This document shows positions 1-9,751 of a DNA stretch of 64,000 nt, in pieces. This DNA is from Candidatus Kapaibacterium sp. GTDB lineage: Bacteria > Bacteroidota > Ignavibacteria > Kapaibacteriales > UBA2268. Location: contig OY761611.1 of assembly GCA_963664875.1 (NCBI GenBank), positions 448,001 to 512,000 on the forward strand. The letters are read 5' to 3'. Position 1 is the first letter of the stretch, and every line of letters starts with the position of its first letter. The position numbers and the translations under genes are program-made. The notes under the pieces were generated by a model that saw only the letters and a program-made list of their open reading frames with translations, searched no databases and had not been told where the DNA came from.

Positions 1-271
1 GCTCTTGAGAAGCAATTATGTCACCAATAGTTTTACCTATAACTGAATCGCGAACACCGCCAAGTCGTGCTAAGCCTTGATTAAGAAGAGTAATATCTTT
101 GAGTGACATTACTTCATCATGCTGAATCTTTTTAGCCAATTCGGTAATGTTGTTTTCTGTAAAGACTTCTTTGAGTAAAGGTGATTTCGGCTCTGCCTGA
201 TTGCATGAATAAATGCTTGCAACAATCAAAAGTGCTGAAAGTGCTTTAGCTGTTTTAAACGATTTGGACAT
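1..271 (-). CDS. Putative lipoprotein, 5' part only (runs off window edge)
   Basis: Not in ORF track. ATG at 271 with GGAG upstream; translates MSKSFKTAKALSALLIVASIYSCNQAEPK..., a basic N-terminus, hydrophobic stretch and lipobox-like IYSC; open to the edge. Confidence 0.75.
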   Translation of the reverse strand, partial: MSKSFKTAKALSALLIVASIYSCNQAEPKSPLLKEVFTENNITELAKKIQHDEVMSLKDITLLNQGLARLGGVRDSVIGKTIGDIIASQE

Positions 272-359
272 ATTAGCTCCTCGAAGCTTTTAATATAACA
301 TACTTGTCTTGTAGAATTATACAAAGATAATTAAGTATTGTAAAATTCCAATAGAATAA

Positions 360-1247
360 TTATAAAAATGATTTGACGAGGCCATATCTCAATCCATGAG
401 AGCTGATATTGATAGGCTTTTCTACAATTTTTGAAATCCTGTCTAATATCAGTGCGCCTGCACCGATTAAATCCGCTCTTTTGGGATGAACTTTATATAA
501 ATTTTGTATGGTCAATGCATCTGCTGTCAAATATTTTTTCGTTATATCACAAAGAGTTTCAGGATCCAAAATGCTGCCATGTACAATATGGTCATCAAAA
601 TCATCTAAATTAAGGGCAGTAGTCGCTATAGTAGTAGCAGTACCGCCAACTGCATAGATATCACCTGAAAAAGCTTTGAGGTTAGTTTTATCAAGCATTT
701 CGTCGATATATTTGACAGCAGCTCGAATTTGATCTGAAGTAGGAGGGGAGTCTTTCAAAAATTTTTCAGTTATCCTGACAGCACCAATTTGCAGACTTTC
801 TCGCGATGTAATTAGTCCGCTTTCTCCGGTAATGAGTTCGGTACTTCCACCGCCAATATCTATGACAAGTGATTTGAATGGTTTTGTTACTGTACCCAAA
901 AAGCTATATCTTGCTTCCTCTGCACCGGATATAATTTCTATTTTTCTTCCTAAATGAAATTCGATTATATCGGCTACTACTTCACGATTTTTTGCATCAC
1001 GCATAGCACTGGTAGCAACTGCTTTGACATTACAAATGCCGTGTTTATTTAACTCAAAAGCGTATTTCTCGAATACTTTGACTGCTCTTTCAATAGCTTG
1101 GTCGTTTATATACCCACTTTTATCAACACCCTCGCCAAGTCTCACAATTTCATGATAATCTTCTACTACTCTTAGTTCTGAGTTTTGGAACTCGGCGATT
1201 AGCATTAGTATAGTATTGGTTCCTATATCAATTCCTGCGATTTTCAA
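360..1247 (-). CDS. ppx: Ppx/GppA family exopolyphosphatase (short form)
   Basis: IDIGTNT, ATSAMRDAKN, ISGAEEA and DIGGGSTE ASKHA motifs. Confidence 0.92.
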   Translation of the reverse strand: MKIAGIDIGTNTILMLIAEFQNSELRVVEDYHEIVRLGEGVDKSGYINDQAIERAVKVFEKYAFELNKHGICNVKAVATSAMRDAKNREVVADIIEFHLGRKIEIISGAEEARYSFLGTVTKPFKSLVIDIGGGSTELITGESGLITSRESLQIGAVRITEKFLKDSPPTSDQIRAAVKYIDEMLDKTNLKAFSGDIYAVGGTATTIATTALNLDDFDDHIVHGSILDPETLCDITKKYLTADALTIQNLYKVHPKRADLIGAGALILDRISKIVEKPINISSHGLRYGLVKSFL

Positions 1248-1254
1248 TATTCAC

Positions 1255-2100
1255 CTATTGTTTTATTCTAAATTTAATACCAACCCATTCATCGTCTTGT
1301 TTTACTTCTTCCAACTCAAATCCCAGATCTAAAGCTGGTTGGATTACGTCATCCTTATGGTAAACTAAAATACCTGAAACAAGTAATACACCTTTACTTG
1401 CTTGTAGGCTTTTATAAAACGCAGGTAAAAATTCGAGTATAATGTGAAGGTTTATGTTTGCAGCAATGCCATCTACCTGAGGCATTTGTAGTTTGTCAAT
1501 TTCTGATAATACCAACTCTATATTTTTGCAATTATTTATTTCAGCATTTTCTTGAGCATTTTCAATACTCCAATGATCATTATCAAATGCATAAATATAT
1601 GATGCTCCGAGTTTTTCTGCCAATATAGCGAGAACACCTGTCCCTGTACCAGCGTCAATCCATCTACTTTTTTGTTTTACTTCTTGTTCCATCAACTGAC
1701 AAACTAGTCTCGTAGTGGAATGTGAGCCGGTTCCAAAAGACATTTTAGGATTGATAAGAAGTATAATCTCTTCTGTTAGTTCATTTTCTTTCCATGTAGG
1801 AGCAATTCCTATTCGGTCTGAAACATGTATAGCCTGAACATTTTTCTCCCATTCTTCATTCCAGTTCGTCTCTTCAATGGTTGTAACGTTAGTAATATCA
1901 GCACTTGGTATAAGCTCTTTAATATTATGCTTTAACAATTCTAATAGTTCCTCATTGTAAGCGTTGCTATCAAAAGAAACTATCATTTCATCAAATTTCT
2001 CTTCGACCCCCAGGAATTGAAGTTCTCCAAGCACTGCATATACTAAATCATAATACTCTTCGTAAACAGATATAGTGACATTGACGTACTGCTTTTTCAT
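1255..2100 (-). CDS. prmA: Ribosomal protein L11 methyltransferase
   Basis: NWNEEW, INPKMSFGTGSHSTT, DAGTGTGVLAI, ANIN, SGIL. Confidence 0.93.
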   Translation of the reverse strand: MKKQYVNVTISVYEEYYDLVYAVLGELQFLGVEEKFDEMIVSFDSNAYNEELLELLKHNIKELIPSADITNVTTIEETNWNEEWEKNVQAIHVSDRIGIAPTWKENELTEEIILLINPKMSFGTGSHSTTRLVCQLMEQEVKQKSRWIDAGTGTGVLAILAEKLGASYIYAFDNDHWSIENAQENAEINNCKNIELVLSEIDKLQMPQVDGIAANINLHIILEFLPAFYKSLQASKGVLLVSGILVYHKDDVIQPALDLGFELEEVKQDDEWVGIKFRIKQ

Positions 2101-2209
2101 ACTATACTCAAAAAAATAAATAAATAGAAAGTTTTATATCTTAACTAAAATGATTATGTTTCGTACTATAAAATAGTCAATTCAACAATACAAAAATAGC
2201 GAAACTGCA

Positions 2210-2734
2210 ATGATAATAAAAGACCTAAAGAGTAAACTTTCAAAAGTCAAACTTTTAGTGATGGATGTTGACGGCACTTTAACTGATGGAGCTATGTATT
2301 ATTCTGCGAGCGGCGAAGAGTTAAAGCGTTTTTCTACAAGAGATGGAATGGGAATCACATTACTTCAAAAGTCAGGAATTAAGACAGCTATAGTTACAAG
2401 TGAGGCTTCACAAATAGCTTTAAAGCGTGGTGAAAAACTAAAAATAGACAAAATTATACTTGGATCTAAAGATAAAACATCAGCTTTGGAAGAATTATGT
2501 AAGTATTTTGAAATAAATATAGAAGAAATTGCCTATATTGGTGATGACGTTAATGACTTACATGCTATGAAAATGGCAGGCATAAGTGCTTGTCCCGGAG
2601 ATTCTGTAGAGTCAATCAAAAATATTGCAGATTATATTTGCATTGCAAATGGCGGTAACGGAGCCGTAAGAGAGCTTTGCGAAAAGATATTAAAAGCACA
2701 AGAAAAACCAATAATACTAACCGAAAACTGGTAA
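2210..2734 (+). CDS. kdsC: KDO-8-phosphate phosphatase, HAD YrbI family
   Basis: DVDGTLTDG, RDGMGI, IGDDVND, GGNGAVRE. Confidence 0.9.
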   Translation: MIIKDLKSKLSKVKLLVMDVDGTLTDGAMYYSASGEELKRFSTRDGMGITLLQKSGIKTAIVTSEASQIALKRGEKLKIDKIILGSKDKTSALEELCKYFEINIEEIAYIGDDVNDLHAMKMAGISACPGDSVESIKNIADYICIANGGNGAVRELCEKILKAQEKPIILTENW

Positions 2735-2749
2735 TCAAAGGAGGATACC

Positions 2750-3154
2750 ATGGGAAAAGAACATGATAACTACACAAAAGGCTTTCTATTGGGTGCAATT
2801 GTCGGTGGAGTAGCCGGAGCTGTAACAGCATTATTATTTGCCCCTAAAAGTGGAGCTGAGTTGAGAAAAGATATCGCGGAAACATCTACTCAACTTTATG
2901 ACAAGAGTAAAGATTATTTCGTAACAGTAGAAGATTCTGTTAGCAAAGCGATTTCAAATACTGTAAACGAAGGAAGAATCAAAGCTCAAAGTATAGTTGA
3001 ATCTGCAAAGCGTCAAGCTGAAGGTATCATCGAAAATGCTGAACATGTACTCTCAGATGCAAAGGCAAAAGCTACACAGGTTAAAGATGCAGCTAAAGCA
3101 GGTGCAGATGCTTTTAGAGATGAGATGAAAGCTGCAGATTACAGAAAAGGGTAA
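2750..3154 (+). CDS. YtxH domain protein
   Basis: GFLLGAIVGG...ALLFAPKSGAELR signature followed by a helical tail; GAGG RBS. Confidence 0.88.
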   Translation: MGKEHDNYTKGFLLGAIVGGVAGAVTALLFAPKSGAELRKDIAETSTQLYDKSKDYFVTVEDSVSKAISNTVNEGRIKAQSIVESAKRQAEGIIENAEHVLSDAKAKATQVKDAAKAGADAFRDEMKAADYRKG

Positions 3155-3159
3155 AAGAT

Positions 3160-3633
3160 ATGGATATAATGCTAAAAATCGCAGCTTTAGCAGCATTGGT
3201 ATCAATTACTTTACTAGCGTTAATGGCAATATCTTCTCTGTCAAAATTCAATAAATCTTTTGAAATAATTTTAGATAACATCAAAAGAGTTACTACAGAC
3301 CTAAATTCGGTAAAAGATAAAATTTCTAATCTTGTTGATGGTATGAATGAATTGCGATCAGAGTTGAGTTATAAGATGAGAGAAATTAGTGAACTTAAAA
3401 ATTCGACTGAAGAATCTCTCAGGCACTTTAATGAAATGAGCATCAAAGTCAAAAATACAACTGAAAAGTTCGAAAATAGGGTAGATCAGATAACCGGAGT
3501 TTTCAAACCATTTGAAATATTGATTGAATCTGTTTATGATAAAATTGCTCCGCCGGTCAATCAATCCGCTACTTTCATAAGTGCTGCTATAAAAGCCATA
3601 GGCGTGTTTGCAAGTAAAGTTACCAACAGGTAA
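3160..3633 (+). CDS. Membrane-anchored coiled-coil protein (DUF948/YoxC-like)
   Basis: N-terminal TM helix plus heptad-rich helix; adjacent to YtxH gene. Confidence 0.6.
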   Translation: MDIMLKIAALAALVSITLLALMAISSLSKFNKSFEIILDNIKRVTTDLNSVKDKISNLVDGMNELRSELSYKMREISELKNSTEESLRHFNEMSIKVKNTTEKFENRVDQITGVFKPFEILIESVYDKIAPPVNQSATFISAAIKAIGVFASKVTNR

Positions 3634-3671
3634 AAAAAAGCCGTTTAAATTCAGTTTAAACGGCTTTTTTT
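3632..3671. terminator. Bidirectional intrinsic terminator
   Basis: aaaaaaagccgtttaaa-ttcag-tttaaacggcttttttt between convergent genes. Confidence 0.9.
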
Positions 3672-3746
3672 AGGATTATTTTCCAAATTATTTCTCTCAC
3701 AAATCTATAATCTTAAAAAGATTCGTAAGATTGATTTTAATCTAAA

Positions 3747-4274
3747 CTATTTGATTTCTGCTGTAGCTGGTTTTGCAGCAAGTTTTTCAGAAATAGCATA
3801 AGTGCCAAATATAATTGCTGAAAACAACATTGAAGATGCTAATGTGCTTTTAAAGAATGGTATTGCAGCCACATAACAAGCAACCAAGCCACTAAAATCA
3901 AGAGTGTACATGCCACTCATAGCCCATACAGCAAAGTTTGTAACTACAAAAAACAACAATGCAGATACTACAGAAGAAGCAGCAACATTTTTAATATTTG
4001 GATTTGACACGAATTTTTGACCGATGAGTACAGTAAGTAAGAAACTTCCGTAAACAGCAAACATTGTGTTATGAAATCCAAAGTAAATGTCTGTCAATAG
4101 CATAGCTGCAACCGGAATAACATAAGCAAGTTTTTTGTTGAGCATAGCACCACCAAAAAGAGCCATAGCCATTACAGGTGAAAAGTTAGGCATTCCTGCA
4201 AAAAGGAATCTTGAAAATGCTGCAACTGCAATAAGTGCAATTACTAAAACGAGATTTGCGTTTTTTCCGCTCAT
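3747..4274 (-). CDS. DUF6580-like membrane protein (putative vitamin/B12 transport component)
   Basis: PNFSPVMAMALFGG, LLFFVVTNFAVW, CYVAAIPFF motifs; about 5 TM segments. Confidence 0.75.
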   Translation of the reverse strand: MSGKNANLVLVIALIAVAAFSRFLFAGMPNFSPVMAMALFGGAMLNKKLAYVIPVAAMLLTDIYFGFHNTMFAVYGSFLLTVLIGQKFVSNPNIKNVAASSVVSALLFFVVTNFAVWAMSGMYTLDFSGLVACYVAAIPFFKSTLASSMLFSAIIFGTYAISEKLAAKPATAEIK

Positions 4275-4416
4275 TTCAATTTACATCATTAAAGTTTTAC
4301 ATATTACTTAGTACCTGCAAAATAAGGTATAATAGGGAATTATCCTAATAATGCAGACAACATATTTTATTAGAGACAAATATTAGTTTACATAATATAT
4401 ATTATATTCCTAATAT

Positions 4417-4596
4417 TTATTCGTCATCCAACATGATTTTGATAGTTTTCAATACATCAGGATCTGCCTGACTAACACGAGCTTGTATTTTAGTCATCAT
4501 TTCTTTGGCTATCAGCTCGCGAAGCAACCTATCCTCATGTGACATGTTATCAGACTTTTCCGGTAGTTTAGCCGGTTTTTTATCTTTCTTAGCCAT
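4417..4596 (-). CDS. Small hypothetical protein (59 aa)
   Basis: Below ORF-track cutoff. GGAG RBS then ATG at 4596; MAKKDKKPAKLPEKSDNMSHEDRLLRELIAKEMMTKIQARVSQADPDVLKTIKIMLDDE*; fills the gap downstream of pyrC. Confidence 0.75.
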   Translation of the reverse strand: MAKKDKKPAKLPEKSDNMSHEDRLLRELIAKEMMTKIQARVSQADPDVLKTIKIMLDDE

Positions 4597-4653
4597 TTTG
4601 CTACTCCGAAGAAAGTATCTATATTATTATAAACGAGATACTTAAGCAAAATA

Positions 4654-5937
4654 TTATAAAGTTGACTCAACTAATTTGTTATTGTTTATCACCATTTTAG
4701 CTTTACCTTTGAATACATAGCCATCAAACGGTGAATTAAGCGATTTTGATTTTGATTTCTTTTGGCTGTAAGTCCATTCTTCAGTAGGATTAAAAATACT
4801 GATATTTGCTTTTGCACCGTTTTCAAAAGAAATCTTATCTAAGCCACAGATATTTCTAGGGTTTACAGACATCTTTTCTATAAGTTGGCTTATAGTTAAA
4901 TGTCCCGGTTCTACCAAGGCTGTAATAGCAATACCCAAAGCAGACTCTAAGCCTAAAATACCATTAGGAGCTAACTCAAATTCTACATCTTTTTCATGCA
5001 ATGCGTGCGGAGCATGATCTGAAGCTATACAATCGATAGTTCCGTCTTTTAAGCCCTCAAGAATTTCGTTTAAGTCGTCAAACCCTCTTAATGGTGGGTT
5101 CATTTTATAGTTTGTATCATATTTTTCCATATGACTGTCATCAAGGAAGAAATGATGTGGAGTAACTTCTGCAGATACTCTTTGACCGTTAGCTTTAGCC
5201 TCTCTTACGAGCTTTACTGCACCTTTTGTGCTTATATGAGAAACATGGTATCTTCTGTTGCCTAAGTAATTAGCTAACATCAAATCTCTTGCAACCATAA
5301 TGTCTTCAGCGACTGAAGGATAACCTTTGAGACCTAACTTATAAGACTGAGGAGTTTCATTTACTGCATATCCATGAGTTAAATGCGTATCTTCGCAATG
5401 CTGTGAGATTAGTAAATCATGGCTTGCAGCATAATCAAAAGCTCGTCTCATTACTTCAGTATCAATAATGGAAGCACCGTCGTCAGTAAAAAGTACTGCA
5501 CCACTTTTGATCATTTCAAGCATTGGTGCAATCAATTTACCTTCTCTGTTTTTAGTAATTGCACCGGCAACATGTACATCTACCGCTAAACCCTGCGATT
5601 TTTCTTTTATATAAGAAATCACAGTCGCATTGTCTATAGAAGGATCTGTATTTGGCATACATACTAAACCGGTAAATCCACCGTTAGCGGCACAGTTTGT
5701 ACCTGTTTTGATATCTTCTTTGTATTCAAAGCCCGGTTCTCTCAAGTGCACATGCATATCAAACAATCCCGGTGAAGCTACTAAATTAGTACCGTCAATT
5801 ATTTTTGTGTCGCTGTCAGTTTGTGCAGCTTCTTTAGAAGAATGGCAGATAATACCATCTTTAATCCAAAGATTACGAACTTCATCTAAACCTTCGTAAG
5901 GATTGATTACTCTGATGTTTTGGATATAAATATTCAA
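4654..5937 (-). CDS. pyrC: Dihydroorotase (type I)
   Basis: DMHVHLREPG, MPNT, HCED, HVSH, KMNPPLR, SDHAPH. Confidence 0.95.
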   Translation of the reverse strand: MNIYIQNIRVINPYEGLDEVRNLWIKDGIICHSSKEAAQTDSDTKIIDGTNLVASPGLFDMHVHLREPGFEYKEDIKTGTNCAANGGFTGLVCMPNTDPSIDNATVISYIKEKSQGLAVDVHVAGAITKNREGKLIAPMLEMIKSGAVLFTDDGASIIDTEVMRRAFDYAASHDLLISQHCEDTHLTHGYAVNETPQSYKLGLKGYPSVAEDIMVARDLMLANYLGNRRYHVSHISTKGAVKLVREAKANGQRVSAEVTPHHFFLDDSHMEKYDTNYKMNPPLRGFDDLNEILEGLKDGTIDCIASDHAPHALHEKDVEFELAPNGILGLESALGIAITALVEPGHLTISQLIEKMSVNPRNICGLDKISFENGAKANISIFNPTEEWTYSQKKSKSKSLNSPFDGYVFKGKAKMVINNNKLVESTL

Positions 5938-6028
5938 GATGCCTCCTACTCATTGAGCTATATTTTGAATTGTTTAGTTTTGTGTATCATTGCAAAATAA
6001 CTTATTTGAAGTTTTAATTCAACAAGAA

Positions 6029-6075
6029 AATATCTTATGCTTTGACATGTTCTCAAATATAAAGCATAAGATATT
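6029..6075. terminator. 15-bp inverted repeat, probable terminator downstream of ChaN-family gene
   Basis: aatatcttatgcttt ... aaagcataagatatt. Confidence 0.55.
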
Positions 6076-6095
6076 GATATATATCAGAGATACTT

Positions 6096-7052
6096 CTAAT
6101 GAGTCTTTGTCATATCTTTATCCACAACTATTATAAAATCGGCAATATTGAGATTTGATTCTTCTAATTTTTCTAAAGAATCCTGCTCGACTGTGGATAT
6201 TGTTAGTACTTCAATATTTTTATTTTCTTGTTTCAAATACCAGTTTATTCCTTCGTATTTATCAGAATGATAGCTACCATTCAAATGTATAAATATGTAA
6301 TTAGATTTCAGGTTTTTATTGATGAAATGTGCCATAGTAGCGTCTTTGACAGCCTGTGCCTGAGCTATGTATGATAAATTTGGCTTTTTCATCATCGGAT
6401 TTGCAGCTGCCGGCATTTTCATTTTCAGAGAGTCAGAATTAGTGCTATCTGATTTCTGAGACATAGGACTACCATGCATTGCCATAGGCTCCATAAGAGC
6501 AGCATAAGTAGGAAGTGTCGCATCAAATTTTACAGGTAAAGGAGCAATATATTGCTGTGCTTCATTGCTTAAAAGTGCAAGTTCATCTAAGCCGTTTCTG
6601 GCTACAAAACCAGCATATCTACGTGGAATATTTGTTGCAACAAAACTTAATTGATTTTCTTTTGCGAACTCTATAATAGGTTTATAATCCGTTGCATAAT
6701 TATCCCACAGTTTTGCTTCCTTAGAGAAATATTTATCAGTAATCTGATCTTGAAAGTATTCGTTAATTATTAGCTGGTCGTCTGATTCAAACATTTCTGC
6801 CCCTAAAATAAGCTTCTTATCATTCTTTTCAAACAGAGCTTTTGTCAATTTGAATTGAAGGAAATGAGAAATTGGGTTGTTGTGGTATTCACCAAATAAA
6901 ACAACTTGGTTATCCTCAGCAGCATCTACTATGTCAGTGAATTCAACCTCTTCCCCATCTTTATCAAAGATTTTGAAAGGGAGTGCTGTTTCTTCAGAAT
7001 GCAATTGGTTAAACATAATTGCACCAATAATAAGAATTAGAAATATTTTCAT
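6096..7052 (-). CDS. ChaN-family (EreA/ChaN-like) exported protein; likely start ATG 7052
   Basis: VVLFGEYHNN, LGAEMFE, LWDNY..DYKP, AQAVKDATMA, HLNGSYHS; signal peptide MKIFLILIIGAIMF. Confidence 0.85.
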   Translation of the reverse strand: MKIFLILIIGAIMFNQLHSEETALPFKIFDKDGEEVEFTDIVDAAEDNQVVLFGEYHNNPISHFLQFKLTKALFEKNDKKLILGAEMFESDDQLIINEYFQDQITDKYFSKEAKLWDNYATDYKPIIEFAKENQLSFVATNIPRRYAGFVARNGLDELALLSNEAQQYIAPLPVKFDATLPTYAALMEPMAMHGSPMSQKSDSTNSDSLKMKMPAAANPMMKKPNLSYIAQAQAVKDATMAHFINKNLKSNYIFIHLNGSYHSDKYEGINWYLKQENKNIEVLTISTVEQDSLEKLEESNLNIADFIIVVDKDMTKTH

Positions 7053-7056
7053 ATTG

Positions 7057-7686
7057 TTATCCTTCAAATAGTTCCATTTGTTTATCAAAATATTTTTTTA
7101 GGAAAGATTTTCTGTGAAATTCAGTAATTCCAAATTGATTTATTGCCTCATAATGGCTTTTAGTACCATAGCCTTTATGATTTTCGAATCCATATTGTGG
7201 ATAGATTGGAGCTATATGCTGTAATACCCATTTATCTCTTATAACTTTAGCTATTACGGAAGCGGCTGCAATCGTTACAGACTTAGAATCCCCTTTTATC
7301 ACAGTCTGATATGGGATACTGTCGTCATCAAATCTGTTCCCATCAATAAGCAAATAATCAGGTTTATTTTTTAGGCTATTAATAGCAATATGCATGGCTT
7401 TATAAGTAGCTTGAAGAATATTTATTCGATCAATTTCTTCGGGAAATACCATACCATAAGAATAATAGACTTTACCATGTAATAATTGAAAAAGTGCTTC
7501 TCTTTTAGAAGCACTTAATTTCTTAGAATCATTTAAACCTTCGATATCTAAACCGGAATGTGGAAATACAACAGCTGCAGCAACTACAGGTCCTGCAATA
7601 CAACCTCTCCCCACTTCATCAACTCCAACTATGGCATCATAATCAGAAATAAGTGTTTTCTCTATGTCAGAATTTGGATAGGTCAT
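7057..7686 (-). CDS. rnhB: Ribonuclease HII
   Basis: GVDEVGRG, LNDSKKL, LIDGN, IAAASVIAKVIRD, HKGYGT, HRKSF. Confidence 0.96.
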   Translation of the reverse strand: MTYPNSDIEKTLISDYDAIVGVDEVGRGCIAGPVVAAAVVFPHSGLDIEGLNDSKKLSASKREALFQLLHGKVYYSYGMVFPEEIDRINILQATYKAMHIAINSLKNKPDYLLIDGNRFDDDSIPYQTVIKGDSKSVTIAAASVIAKVIRDKWVLQHIAPIYPQYGFENHKGYGTKSHYEAINQFGITEFHRKSFLKKYFDKQMELFEG

Positions 7687-8438
7687 TATAAGTCATGATT
7701 GATAAGAGTCATGAACTCATTTCTTAATTTAAGATTGTGGAGTAGATAGCCTCGCATAACTGATGTAGTCATAAGAGCCTTTTCTTCTGAACCTCGTACA
7801 CCTCTGGCAATCATACAGTAATGACGTGCTTTTATTACAACTCCTAATGCTTTAGGTTGAAGGATTTCTTCTAAATAGTCGGCAATCTGTTCACCGAGTT
7901 CTTCTTGAATCTGACCTCGTCTGGAAAACCACTCGACAATTCTTGAGAGTTTAGATACACCAAGTACAAATTTACCGGGTATATAACCAATAACAGCTCT
8001 ACCTGAAATTGGTTCCCAGTGGTGAGAACAAACAGACATCACTTCAATACCCTCGCTTATAACAAGGTTATTTACTTTTTTTCTGTTCGGAAATACTGTC
8101 ATTTTAGGTGGTTCTTCGTACCTTCCTTTAAAAAGCTCATTCACATACATTTTTGCAATTCTTCTTGGAGTTTCTGTACTATTGGGATCTTTTAGAGAAA
8201 TTCTCATAATATCAAGTACTTCTTTAAATTTCTCTTCAAGATGGTGTATCATCTCCAATCGTTCTTTTTCAGAAATAGTTCTGTTCCCGTTTGCATCAAA
8301 CAACTCATAACCGAGAGAATTAAACCGAGGGAATAAATCCAATGCTTTTGATTCGTCTAATGTGCCTAAAAGCTCGTGCGATTTATTGATTTCTGACGGA
8401 AGACTATTAGAAGGCACAATATCTTTGTTTTCACTCAT
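7686..8438 (-). CDS. folE: GTP cyclohydrolase I
   Basis: ETPRRIAKM, CSHH, GVSKLSR, QIQEE, HYCM..RG, TTS. Confidence 0.93.
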   Translation of the reverse strand: MSENKDIVPSNSLPSEINKSHELLGTLDESKALDLFPRFNSLGYELFDANGNRTISEKERLEMIHHLEEKFKEVLDIMRISLKDPNSTETPRRIAKMYVNELFKGRYEEPPKMTVFPNRKKVNNLVISEGIEVMSVCSHHWEPISGRAVIGYIPGKFVLGVSKLSRIVEWFSRRGQIQEELGEQIADYLEEILQPKALGVVIKARHYCMIARGVRGSEEKALMTTSVMRGYLLHNLKLRNEFMTLINHDL

Positions 8439-8445
8439 TACAACC

Positions 8446-8877
8446 TCACTTAAATACTTTTATTTCAGTCTTATCACCAAAATATTCGACATAACTTGTA
8501 TCTGTTTCGTAAATTTTGATTTTATGCAATTTACCTTCAGATATATTAGATTCCAAAATTTTCCAAAATTCAACAGCCATATTTTCTACTGTTGGTATTA
8601 TTCCTTTTAGAAAATCTACATCATGATTTAAGTGCTTGTGATCTACCTTATCAATAATATCGTCGATTAGTATTTTTTTTAGTTTTTTCAAATCAATTAC
8701 ATACCCTGTTTCGGGATTAGGTTCACCTGCGACGGTTACTTCAAGAGTATAGTTATGACCATGTCCCCAGTAATTGTTACATTTATCAAAAGTTTGTTCG
8801 TTCATTTCGTCAGAAAACTCAGGATTATACAACCTATGTGCCGCTGAGAATTTGACCTGCCTTGTTACGTAAATCAT
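8446..8877 (-). CDS. 6-pyruvoyl-tetrahydropterin synthase family (Cx5HGH, PTPS-II type rather than canonical QueD)
   Basis: FSAAHRL, KCNNYWGHGHNY, DHKHLN, PTVENMA, YET. Confidence 0.88.
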   Translation of the reverse strand: MIYVTRQVKFSAAHRLYNPEFSDEMNEQTFDKCNNYWGHGHNYTLEVTVAGEPNPETGYVIDLKKLKKILIDDIIDKVDHKHLNHDVDFLKGIIPTVENMAVEFWKILESNISEGKLHKIKIYETDTSYVEYFGDKTEIKVFK

Positions 8878-8963
8878 TCTTCTTTATCCTTTAGTTATTA
8901 TTTCCTATTTTTGGACGTTGTATAATTTAACTTATTACTTACATTTTTTAGTAAAGCAAAATT

Positions 8964-9686
8964 ATGAAATCTATCTATCTTTTCTTAGCAATAATACTGT
9001 CTTTTTTGACAATTCAGTCTTGCAAAACTATTGATGAATCTAGCAGAAATACTATTAATCTATCTGAAAGACCATCAAATATTGATTCTGAGATGTCTAT
9101 AAGTATTAAATCTGAAGATATTTCTATAAGCGGAAAGGCAAAAGTAAAAATAGCAGGTACTGATTCATTGTTTATGGATATATCTGGACCTTTCGGCATT
9201 AAATTCGGAAAACTTTACGCTGATACAAATATATTTTATTTCTATAATGCAATGGAAAACACGGTATTAAAGGGCAAACCAACTGCTGAAAATATCAGAC
9301 GAGCAACTTACTTAAATATATCTGCTATTGATATTATCAATCTTTTCAAGAACCTTCCCCCTTCTAAAGAACAAAATTATAGAGAAGCAGGAAAACACGA
9401 CAATGGTACATTATATCAGTATAAAAATGAGTTTTTGATTTTGAATGCAAAATCGCAGATGATTCAATATCAGAGGAAAAACGAGGTAAACGACTTGGAG
9501 TTGAATATTATATATTCTGACTTTAATCAGTATAGTAATTTTGAGATGCCGTCTACATTTTTGATAGATGCACCGATAGCGAGCAGTACAGTTAATATTT
9601 CAATAAAACAAATGACTTTTCCTGCAGAATTTGAAAACGCATTTAAGTTTTCGATACCTCAAAGCGCTAAAATTATCGAATTATAG
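8964..9686 (+). CDS. DUF4292/LolB-like lipoprotein
   Basis: Lipobox IQSC; DSLFMDISGPFG motif; C-terminal FKFSIP. Confidence 0.7.
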   Translation: MKSIYLFLAIILSFLTIQSCKTIDESSRNTINLSERPSNIDSEMSISIKSEDISISGKAKVKIAGTDSLFMDISGPFGIKFGKLYADTNIFYFYNAMENTVLKGKPTAENIRRATYLNISAIDIINLFKNLPPSKEQNYREAGKHDNGTLYQYKNEFLILNAKSQMIQYQRKNEVNDLELNIIYSDFNQYSNFEMPSTFLIDAPIASSTVNISIKQMTFPAEFENAFKFSIPQSAKIIEL

Positions 9687-9694
9687 ATAAAAAC

Positions 9695-9728
9695 AAAGCT
9701 CTTCAGAAAAATATCCGGAAGAGCTTTG
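9695..9728. terminator. Intrinsic terminator between convergent genes
   Basis: caaagctcttc...gaagagctttg stem. Confidence 0.7.
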
Positions 9729-9751
9729 CATTGAAAAACATATATGTTGTT

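Noticed and set aside
8446-8877. queD/folE as part of a 7-deazaguanine DNA-modification (dpd) system
   Set aside because: No queC, queE or dpdA nearby; motif spacing is PTPS-II; context is housekeeping
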